Origin: Botryllus schlosseri
Taxonomy: Eukaryota
Assembly (NCBI GenBank): GCA_051294905.1
Contig: CM119386.1
Span: forward strand, 5,580,001-5,644,000
Length of the DNA stretch: 64,000 nucleotides
Reading direction: 5' to 3'
Made by a program: the position numbers and the translations under genes. Of the stretch, positions 11,934-22,248 are shown one piece after another; position 1 is the stretch's first letter, and every line of letters begins with the position of its first letter. Below the pieces are notes generated by a model. The model was not told where the DNA came from, made no database searches, and saw nothing but the letters and a program-made list of their open reading frames with translations.

Positions 11934-14900
11934 ATGAGACAGATGGTGAGATGAGGATATTGATTCTTTGCGGCATTGCGTGAATTTATTTTCTGTTTTG
12001 TGTTATTCAGCTGGATTTGGCCGGAAAAGTTGGCATCATAACAGGTGGGTGAAATTTATGTTTTCGATTGTATTCATTTTTAAAAATTATTGGTGATCAG
12101 TTTCAACGTACTTCGACTTTCTTGGAATACCAACTGCCGGTCAAAGTAGCCATTGCAATACTAAAGTGGAAGCCATGCTGACAATTTTTACTTTGATACT
12201 AATAGTAGAAATATTTGGGCTGGAAGGCTGCTTCAAGCAGAAGTAAAGATTGGAAGCCATGGGAATTATTGGAATAGGTCGCTTGAAGAAACCAGCTGCG
12301 GACAAACCGTCGTAGACCTTGTTAGTCAATCGCTGGTGACTGATTTCAAAAAGAACATGAAACTAACATAGGATATATTGTATTATCGTTACTTGCCAGG
12401 TTGAAACAGTTTCAGCCGTAAAATCGATACAAGTTTGTTTGAACACTACTTTCTAGTGGACAAAATCAGAAATGTGAAAAGTAAATAGTTTAGCTTTGAA
12501 AAACTTGTACAAGTAGAAGTAGTCTAGTAACATAATAGCTCAAGTAGACCCAATGCATCCGAGTAGATTCTAGATGTAGAAGTATTTTAATAATGACCAC
12601 GTCTGGCAATAGCTTACTCGAGTTCAGTTCCGTTTATTAAAAATTTTCATCAGTTCAAAACACCACAAGACCGCAAAGTAGGCTATTTCCCTCTTGCTTT
12701 GCCATGTTCTGGTTTTGTTTCATTGCTTATGGACAAATAAAGGTCTGCCAAACCACTTCTTGAAGCTTCTCAAGTAGGAGTAGTTGTACCATTCCAACTT
12801 CTTGTTTGCTGCTTGATGTGTCGCTGGCCTCCTTTCGAAGTCATCGCTTGAAGATGAATATATATTGACATTATTACTTACAGTTCAGTATGCTACCATC
12901 AGTGAATAGTGACTAGTCTGACAACCATTGCCACACAGCTGAATACAATCCCTTATTTCACAGTAGGCCTACGGTATAACCGTTTAGCAAGGTTGTAATG
13001 ACACGAATAATGACTCGACTCGCGAGTTTTTGGTGACTAACTCGAGTCATTTTTTCAAATGTGTAAAATGACTCGAGTCAATTTGTGTATCGACTCGACC
13101 TGTACTCGAGTCATTGTGACTTGAGACTAGGACAGCCAAGACAGACCTAGATCATTGTAACTTCGAAGAATAGTAAAGTCACCACGTATTGGTATTCCGT
13201 CTATCAGTCCTTATACTTGCAAATTGTGGCAAAAACTGTTAGGACTGAGGTAAATTACGATATTATATATGCGAGCCATTCCATACCATTCGAGCACAGT
13301 TTAAAAAAGTGGATTCTACCGGATTGAACTCGAAACTGACCAGTGAACACAATGACTTGGTCTTGAACACACACTCAAGTCAAAACACTATGACTTGGAC
13401 TCGACTCTCTACTCACTGACTTGGACTCAGACTTGACTCGGTGGTGAATTGAAAATGACTCGACTTGACTATAAAAGTGAGATTGACTTGTGACTTGGTT
13501 ACAACCCTGCTGTTCAGTAACAAATGCTTCGCAAGTTCTGTTCACCCGTCATAATACTCGAATCCATTAGTTAGGTGTTCTGTGTAATAGGCTATCACTC
13601 TTTGACTACCCCTGAGGTGGCGTACATCGCCATTCTTCATTGATATATTCTTTACTTCTTGTGCTACTGTTTCGAATCTTTATTTTAGGTGCTAGCTCAG
13701 GAATCGGCCGGGCTGCAAGCGTGCTCTTTTCAAAGCTGGGATGCGATTTATCTCTTATTGGGAGAAATGAGAAAAATCTGAGAGCGACTCGGGAAGAATG
13801 CGAGAAAAACGGCGTAAAAGTCAGTCTCTATATCAAGAATTACTACTAAAACCATTTTAATGTTAGTGTCACTTTGTCGGTAATATAACATGTCGTTTTC
13901 GTGGAGCATTTTCATTACGGTACGCTCATCTATGGGCATTCCCCGAGTAGTTGCGTGTTTACCACAATGTTTAAATAATTAACATAGCTACGTTGAAGGA
14001 TTTTCCATTTCATTGGTGTGCGAGACGCTATTTCTCAGCTAATCCACTCCGTTCTTCTTACCAAAGCACATTTAGCGCTAAATATCTTCTTGCACTGTGC
14101 ATTGAATTGTATTTTATGGTATTCAATTTTGCACAGCAATACAAGAGAGACAATCCATTTTAATTGATGAGCTGATAGGACTCTGTTTGAGAAGAATGAT
14201 GGCTGAGGGGTTTGCCAAGATATATAAAAGAGAGTTATTTATGAAAATGTATATAAAAATGAGGCAAGCCCAGTAACTTACAGCAACAAGAATATTTGTA
14301 GTATTCACAAACTCCATGCTACTTCAAAATTTCTGACACTTACTACCAGAGGTGGTCAAAGTAGTCAAGAAAGCTACTCAAGTAGTAGAAGTAGAAGTAC
14401 TTCTTCCATAAGCAACCTGAAACTACTTGAAGTAGAAGTAGAATTGACTGACTTTAAATCTACTCAAGTATGTAAGTAGTTGTGAAAACGATCGTAATTC
14501 GTTCGCATTGATTGCCAAAAGCTGCAAATTGAGCTATGCAAAAGGCAGAGAGCTTTATTCATATTAAATAGTATATTCATATTGAAATGAACCCGAATAT
14601 TTTCGGCTGACACTCGTCAGGGGTAATCGTCAGCAACTAGTAGAGAATTGGAAAGAACATTGTATATCAACAATCGTATCACAAAATATGACGTCACCAG
14701 CATGAAATTTCGAATGAGAGAGCGTTCAATGTACTATTTTTAGGTGATACACGAACTCCTTTTGTTGACAGAGTTTTGGTTGGTGTATTTTGATAAAAGT
14801 TGATTCCAAGGCACACAAATGGAATTGTGAACGGCCTCGACCTACGATTCGGAATCGGTCGTCTCGATAATTATTCGCACAAATCGGATTATCCAACAGA

Positions 14901-17900
14901 TGTTTGCCGATGGCAGAATTAATGGCTTTTGATCGATCAGCATCAATCTTGAGTGGATGAGTTAAGGGTGAGCTTTTCACATCGCGTGACGCACGTGTTC
15001 TGATAAATCTGGGGACATGTTGGTTTATGCGGTCCTGCAGACGTCTTGACGTTCTTCCCACGTAGCCACAATCACAGTGGCACCTATATTCGTACACTAC
15101 ATTACTTTGTTGAAGTGCAGGAAGCACGTCTTTGCGTGTTGAAGGGAGCAGTTGTGTTGTTGTAAAAATCACATTGGTTTTGACTGTATCGTAACATTTA
15201 CCGACAGCAGAAATCAATTGTTTTTCAAAGCGGGTGGAAATGGGGCCAATCCAAGGTAGATGGATATAAACATCTTTTATTGTTCGTGCGGTGGGCTCTG
15301 TTCGTTTTTCTGCGTTGAATTGCGTTAATTTCCTCTCCATGCCGCGGCTGATGACGTGTTCAGGGTAACCGTTATCAAGTAAGATTTTTCGGTTACCCTG
15401 AACACGTCATCAGCCGCGGCATGGAGAGGAAATTAACGCAATTCAACGCAGAAAAACGAACAGAGCCCACCGCACGAACAATAAAAGATGTTTATATCCA
15501 TCTACCTTGGATTGGCCCCATTTCCACCCGCTTTGAAAAACAATTGATTTCTGCTGTCGGTAAATGTTACGATACAGTCAAAACCAATGTGATTTTTACA
15601 ACAACACAACTGCTCCCTTCAACACGCAAAGACGTGCTTCCTGCACTTCAACAAAGTAATGTAGTGTACGAATATAGGTGCCACTGTGATTGTGGCTACG
15701 TGGGAAGAACGTCAAGACGTCTGCAGGACCGCATAAACCAACATGTCCCCAGATTTATCAGAACACGTGCGTCACGCGATGTGAAAAGCTCACCCTTAAC
15801 TCATCCACTCAAGATTGATGCTGATCGATCAAAAGCCATTAATTCTGCCATCGGCAAACATCTGTTGGATAATCCGATTTGTGCGAATAATTATCGAGAC
15901 GACCGATTCCGAATCGTAGGTCGAGGCCGTTCACAATTCCATTTGTGTGCCTTGGAATCAACTTTTATCAAAATACACCAACCAAAACTCTGTCAACAAA
16001 AGGAGTTCGTGTATCACCTAAAAATAGTACATTGAACGCTCTCTCATTCGAAATTTCATGCTGGTGACGTCATATTTTGTGATACGATTGTTGATATACA
16101 ATGTTCTTTCCAATTCTCTACTAGTTGCTGACGATTACCCCTGACGAGTGTCAGCCGAAAATATTCGGGTTCATTTCAATATGAATATACTATTTAATTG
16201 TATATTGAAGTTCTGTACCTCCAAGAAGCTCTTTATTCATATTGATGCATACCAGGACGTGTCCAATTTTCGACAGCATAAACTTTCGTCCGCATGATGG
16301 AATGAAAATGATAGTATTGATATGGAAATGCGATACTAATCCTATGTTTTAGAAAATATCATGATATGGCACCTTCCCCATATTATAAGGCCTGTAGTTT
16401 AGTAAAAGTGTGGAGAAGTTGTATCGGATACGGTGTACACATTTTGCGCGATTGGTAAACGTCAATAAAAAAATGTGGTGTATCGTAAAACTGCCATATT
16501 GTGTAGCTTTATTTCCGGAAATTAAAGGCTTTACTACACTTTCTTTTATACTTAAATATGTCTGTTCTCAAGACAAACGAACTGATACTATGTATAACTC
16601 AAAGTGTAATACTAGGAATTGAAAGTGAAATATATATACTACCTCAAACAGCGGAAAATGTAATTAATGTCTTTAGCCCAGAGAGTTTCAAAGGTTGTAT
16701 ACTGAAACTGGTCTAAAGCTAAAAAAAGTCAGAGCCCACTGTTCCAGATAAGGACACGCCATGGACTGCTAGACTACGATATGATATGATAAGTAAATTT
16801 TAGATTGCGAAACATCAGTTTCAAACGTTATGATGGGCCATATATCTGGGATGAAATATTTCATATGGGTGACAAAGCGGTGTGAACGGAACCACGCAGA
16901 TTGGTCACTCTATATCCGCTGTGCGCAAAGTGCGACGAAAATTATGGGCTTTACTCAACTTTTCTGAACATTAAAGGTTGATACCCCGTGAAAACAGCCC
17001 CAAAATTCCTCAGGCTACCTCCCGATTCGAGGATTAAACTACTTCTACTTGACAAACTGAAAATGGCGAAAAGTAAGTAAGTAGTTCACAAAATATTATG
17101 AAGTAGAAGTAGCAACAACTAGTTCTACTCGAGTAAGTACCAGAAGTAGAGGAAAACTACTTGAGTACTTCATAAAAGTAGAAGTACTTCGTTACTGACC
17201 ACCTCTGCTTACTACCCACCATTTCATACATCGACATCAAGTAGTACAGGCATATTGTCTTAAACTTGTAATTGAGTAAAGTTTACGGCATCTCCGCTAT
17301 TTCAACTTGAATACCACCGACGACTACCTTCTGACCAAGTGACCACTTTTGGGTATCAACATGGTCCGAACACTGATGATCTGTCACAATTTGTCAAGTA
17401 TATTTTCCGTGTTACTTTTAAGGTAATCACTATACCAGCGGATGTAACTTCTCAGCAGGATGTTAAAAGAGTGGCGGAAGAATCTCAAAGCTATTTCAAA
17501 AAACTAGATGTGTTGGTCAACAATGCTGGAATTATTAAGAGTGGCACAATCGAAAATACGACGACTGAAGACTTTGAATCATTGATGGCTATAAATTTGA
17601 TGTATGTAAGATTGTTTGGTTGTAAATCGGCGTATTATTATAGTCTGCAGTAATGTTATTTATCTGATGTTTGTCTGCTTTGAAGGTCAGTGTTTCACTT
17701 GACGCAGTCTTGCTTGCCTCTGTTGATTGAGTCAAAGGGGTCTGTAGTCAATGTCTCAAGTGTCAATGGGATTCGATCGGTAAGTTGCGAAGTTCAGTAA
17801 TTGGGTTGAGCATTTTCAGTTATTCTTGTCCAGTTTCCAGGTGCACTGGCCTACAATGTGTCTAAAGCAGCCCTGGATCAATTAACAAGATGTAGTGCCC

Positions 17901-20900
17901 TAGGTAATTATTGTGCTGTAGCCTACACTCCCTTTGAGTTACTAGTGGATATACTTTCGTAGCTGCCCACAGGGTTTCTTACAGACATGGGGTAATCGCG
18001 ATTAGTAATCGTAATCGATTACGACGATTACAGCATTTTCAAGTAATCGTAATCGCAATCGATTACATTCGAAAAAATCCCGAAGTAATCGTAATCGACT
18101 ACTTCCCATATTTAATCGATTTTTTTGTGAAAGAACGATTACTTTTTATTGGTACAAGGACTGTGACATATACTGAACACTCGTGAACAAGGAATACGCA
18201 TTGTACCAGTTATTGAGAGCACAAGCGTCGGATTTTCTAATGCCACTGCTCATTATTACGTCAGAGGTTGCCTATTAACTCTGCTCGTCTTTGCGTGAGA
18301 AGTGTCCACACATAGTAAATAGATATTCGGTGTACATTAGTGTGATATATATCTGGTATATATCTGGTTATCAATACATTTCAGACACCACTACCTCGCA
18401 ACAGGATAATTAATCACCTCTCTGCCTAAGCAACTTTTGTATTGAATTTTGGTTCTGCTTAGTTAAACTATAGAATGTTCTAGGTCTAATTCTATAGTTA
18501 AATGCAGTTTCAGTTTTGCTGCTTGGCGAGAAGTGGGCCTATATGGCACGAACCTACACCAGACAAAGGCTTGAAATTTTGTACTCGTCAAATAAAACAT
18601 TACAGTTTCCACAACGGCGCATTAAAATCAACAGCTGCTGATATATATCATAACTGGGCCGTTGGTTTGCCGTTTACGTAATGGCAGCCTGCATTACATT
18701 ATCTGCATCAAGTTGAAGGCAGAATTTTATGTTCACTTTCTCTTATTCTCATATTATTCTACTCAAAACGGGCGCCAATCACTATTTCACAATTCTTTAC
18801 TGAACATTTGGACCTGTCGCCATAGCCATCGGCTTATATATACTAGGCTTACCATATTTTGGAAATCTAAAAAGAGGACACTTTTTCAGAAATTTGAGAC
18901 TTGCAAAACCGGAGAAGAATTCTCAAAAACCGGTGAATTTTTCCCACTTTGTGATCGGTTGACTAAAAAAAAAAGTCATCTTTTCCGCCCGGAGCTAAAA
19001 TAACCGTTTTTCACTCCGAAATACCCGCCGGTGCGTCAGTTCTGTGCTAATTTACGGCATATCACTCGTAATTTGTTCTAAATCTTACCTAAATTTTCAA
19101 AAAAGAGGACAAAATCTCAAAAAAGAGGACAAAAGGACGTCCTCCGAGGACACTTTCAAAAAAGTCAAAAAAGAGGACAAATCCTCTTAAAAGAGGACGT
19201 ATGGTAACCCTAATATATACCATGTTAGCGTGGGTTGTAACTAGAATCAGGATCAAAATCGCAAAAGTTTCCCCCACCCAAACATTGGTCTTGTGCCCCC
19301 ATAGAGTAGTCAATTTTGAAGTTGAAGATTTAATTTATTCAATAATATTGGTAATTGCATTATATTGCATTTTTATTCCTATCTCAGCGCCCGATGGCCA
19401 GATTAACCTGAAGAGCAGGGGGCGCGTAATTCATAATTATAACATCTGGTATCTTGCAATAATTACTTTATTGTATGCTGTTAATTCGTGACCTCCGGTC
19501 TGTTATAGAGCCAAAAGATATTGATTGAAGTGGCCCAAATATAGCAGACTAAAAGAAAAACTTGCATGAGACACACTCACGAATTGTCATATCTAATGCT
19601 TTGTGGATGCCCGGGTGGCCTTTACATCGTGGGCTCAGATTGAAAGGAATGGACTGTTAGTCACGCCCACCCAGCGCGGCTATTGACGATGGACACATAC
19701 CCTAAGTTTCCGCCAATGTCTTTCTTTAGTAGCACACTTCGTGGATTCTCATGTTGGCCGAAACTGCATATGTCTTTTGATGTGTCGAAGAGCGGTATTG
19801 AATGATGGCACCTAAATGCCTATTACTATGAATGATACATGCTTTATTTCTTGGGGGGAGACGTATGCATTTCGAAATCAATCTATCTAGAGACATTTAA
19901 ATCGCAAAGCTCAAAGAGAATTTCCAAGTTAATGAAATCTCTCAAAAATACTCTGTAATTTATGGTGGTTTACGAAATACTTTTGAGTAGCCAATCCTCC
20001 AACCACGCTCCCCACCCTATTGGGGTGTTTGGGGTGCGGCAGTTATGGACCTGGCAAGAATGCAAAACGTTGTGAGCGATAAACCGTCCTCTATGAAAAG
20101 GGCAATGGGTACATTATGACGTAACAAGGAAATGTCCCATCTTTTGTAAAGACACTTGTTATATCATTAGGCCTATTCAACGCAATCCATGTATTGTCTT
20201 CCAATATAACTACTACGATGCAAAATAAATGTAATCGTGAGTAATCGTGATTACTTTCGCAATGTAATCGTAATCGTAATCGACTACTTCCTGATTTTGC
20301 TGTAATCGTAATCGTAATCGCGTGATTCTGAAGTAATCGTAATCACAATCGATTACATTCATGAAGTAATCACCCCATGTCTGGTTTCTTACCTAGTCAT
20401 GATACCAGAGTACAAGGTAGCAACTTTGAAACGTAAGAAAAATGCTTGAAGAAAAGGTACAAACGATAAATCTGATAATAATGACTCTACAAAGAAGTGA
20501 AAGTGGCTACAGGTGTTGCTTCGTAAATCAAGAGCGCAATTTAATGTTGCTGCTTGGCCACATTTTAATATGGATGGACACCCCTCTAAAATACTCATGA
20601 GTCATAGAAATAGGCATTTCTGTGCCGGTCATTACCGCGCCACGACATGCCATTGCCCAGACATGTAGCGTTTCTTCCGCCATGCGACTCCACAGAGTGT
20701 AATGCCAAAATCATATGCGGCGAGCTTAATAAAAGCACAGCTTGTTTTTGGTTTCCGTTGTGTAATTCCTCCCTATTGATGATTTATAGAACTTTCGACG
20801 AAGGGCGTTCGTGTCAACTGTGTCAAGTGAGTATGTCGCCTTATCGTGCTGCCCGTTCATACCAGTCTCTTTTGTAGTCCAGGAGTTACGGTCACTGAAT

Positions 20901-21158
20901 TGCATAAAAGAGGCGGCATGGACGAAACGGCGTATAAAGCGGTAACGTAGAGTCGGCTGTGTGTGGATGAGTCGAATTCATTAGAAATTTATTATTCAGT
21001 TTCTGGAGAGATGCCAGACAACGCACGCACTCGGGAGGCCGGGAAAGGCCGATGAAGTGGCGTGGGCGATCGCATATCTAGCCTCCGACGCGTCGTCCTT
21101 CGTTACTGGGCATAGTTTACCTGTCGACGGTGGTCGCCATGCTATGTGCCCGCGGTGA
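11934..21158 (+). CDS. Classical short-chain dehydrogenase/reductase (3-oxoacyl-ACP reductase FabG-like), 259 aa, 9 exons
   Basis: Exons 11934-11945, 12011-12044, 13689-13819, 17423-17601, 17686-17779, 17834-17903, 20790-20826, 20878-20941, 21000-21158 (780 nt, phases consistent). Motifs: TGASSGIG (Rossmann), [20 protein letters not shown] (YxxxK), GVRVNCVNPG, C-terminal [13 protein letters not shown]. The first 12-nt exon is the least certain. Confidence 0.92.
12988..13509. mobile_element. hAT-type MITE, GACTCGA family (SDR intron 2)
   Basis: Ends CAAGGTTGTAA / TTACAACCCTG; flanks CCGTTTAG / CTGTTCAG (6/8); collinear with 4734-5225. Confidence 0.8.
14563..16230. mobile_element. Penelope-like retroelement 3' fragment (GIY-YIG endonuclease) duplicated as a head-to-head palindrome
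   Basis: Arms 14563-15371 and 15390-16198 are reverse complements and give identical 204-aa ORFs (14726-15340 minus, 15421-16035 plus). Motifs: [39 protein letters not shown] 13-bp direct repeat CTTTATTCATATT lies at 14553-14565 and 16231-16243. Confidence 0.9.
16137..16170 (+). ncRNA. Candidate minimal type-I hammerhead ribozyme in the Penelope 3' UTR (mirror copy 14591-14624, minus strand)
   Basis: ACCC-CTGACGA-GTGTCAGCC-GAAA-ATAT-TC-GGGT: core CUGANGA and GAAA, palindromic loop III, UC cleavage triplet and 4-bp helix I. Helix II is weak. Confidence 0.45.
17982..20383. mobile_element. Non-autonomous hAT element with GTAATC repeats (SDR intron 6)
   Basis: TIRs CAGACATGGGGT / ACCCCATGTCTG; perfect TSD GTTTCTTA (17974-17981, 20384-20391). 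Confidence 0.9.
18844..19212. mobile_element. hAT MITE (TAGG(C/G)TTACCATA TIR, AAAAGAGGAC repeats), nested in 17982-20383
   Basis: TIRs TAGGCTTACCATA / TATGGTAACCCTA; perfect TSD ATATATAC. Confidence 0.9.
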
Positions 21159-21912
21159 TTTCGCGGGTGCCAGCTCTGTTATCCTAACTCTGTATCATGA
21201 TTTGCCTCGTGGCGTATATTCGAATGTACCTCGGTGTGATTTTCATTAATCCTCTGCTGTATTTGTGTGCGATACAGCAGGGTGGGGGTTACCCAGCTTC
21301 TTCAAAATGTGCGGGCTTAGGCGACTGACCGATTAATCATGTGCGGTACTGGTAGTCGGTGAAATTATGATTGCATTTGCTTTGTTATCATGTGGATGGT
21401 TGTTTTCATATATGCCGGAGAGGTATCGATCACTCCCAACTCCAATTATTGTCGTGGAAACGGCGTGAGTTTAGCAGGAAGGTAGCATACAGAACTTTTA
21501 AAAACAGTTGGCGCCAAGGTTCAGCGCTGGAAACGGCCAGTGTTCGAACTGGGTTTACCTATCTCATACCATAGCCTACGTCCTCTTCAGTAAATCGAAA
21601 ATGTCGTCTGAGAACCCCAAATGTTAGCTTTGACAGCTCGGCGACACGGAAACAAATGCAAGAAATGACGCGAAGTCTGGAAGTTTGAGCGTGTATTTCT
21701 GGAGTCGAATTGGAAAAATGACCCTTTTTTATTCAACGCAACAGTATTTCCTGTAAATTTACTGGTGGCTCGTCCGATATTTTGAATTGCGTGGTAAAAA
21801 GTGCGTTCTTTTCTGGATATCAAACTATGGTAACCCTAACGTACAATGTGATGCAATGAACAGAGAGGGCGTTGAAACTGTGGGTGTATGATCTTGAGAC
21901 CACTCTGCAATC

Positions 21913-22052
21913 TGCATGCCTCCTCTTAACATCGCCTTGGCCCAGGCGGGTGTCTGATCTTAAGAGTACTCCTAGTCGTTTCGGCATCTTCCTATCATTC
22001 ATTGTATTGCAGTCTTGTGATGTTTTGAAGTGATGAAATTTTATGAATAAAC
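21913..22052 (+). repeat. Isolated copy of the L2-like 3' UTR tail
   Basis: Aligns by eye with 53657-53795 (TGCATGCCTCCTCTT.ACATCGCC...GAATAAA). Confidence 0.7.
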
Positions 22053-22248
22053 TTCAACTTGAACGGCCAACAAGTACCGTCAATTAAGTGTTATTCGTCA
22101 ATATTCGCCCAATACATCATCATCGTTGGTTTATTAGCAATTTTATCAGTTCAATACACCACAATAAATGCGATACAATGAATAGACAGGAAGATGTCGA
22201 AGCGAATTGGATTTGTCTATGGAATCAGACACCCACCTTGGCCTAGGC

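Larger units (their letters stand above)
14347..17207. mobile_element. Non-autonomous hAT element (GTAGAAGTA-rich subtermini) hosting the Penelope palindrome, in SDR intron 3
   Basis: TIRs CAGAGGTGGTCA / TGACCACCTCTG; perfect 8-bp TSD CTTACTAC (14339-14346, 17208-17215). Degenerate relatives at ~12131-12605, ~42107-42540 and ~59887-60130. Confidence 0.9.

Noticed and set aside
14563-16198. Palindrome as a read fold-back or assembly artefact
   Set aside because: Both flanks are unique and continue the same hAT element with matching TIRs and TSD, and a 13-bp direct repeat brackets the insert. Not fully excluded without reads.
17982-18110. CRISPR-like or satellite array (GTAATC; also GACTCGA at 4745-5210)
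   Set aside because: Irregular short words with no repeat-spacer periodicity, lying inside TIR/TSD-bounded transposons in a eukaryotic intron.
21820-22002. ORF MNDRKMPKRL... as an RTE C-terminus
   Set aside because: It is the antisense reading of an L2-like 3' UTR copy.
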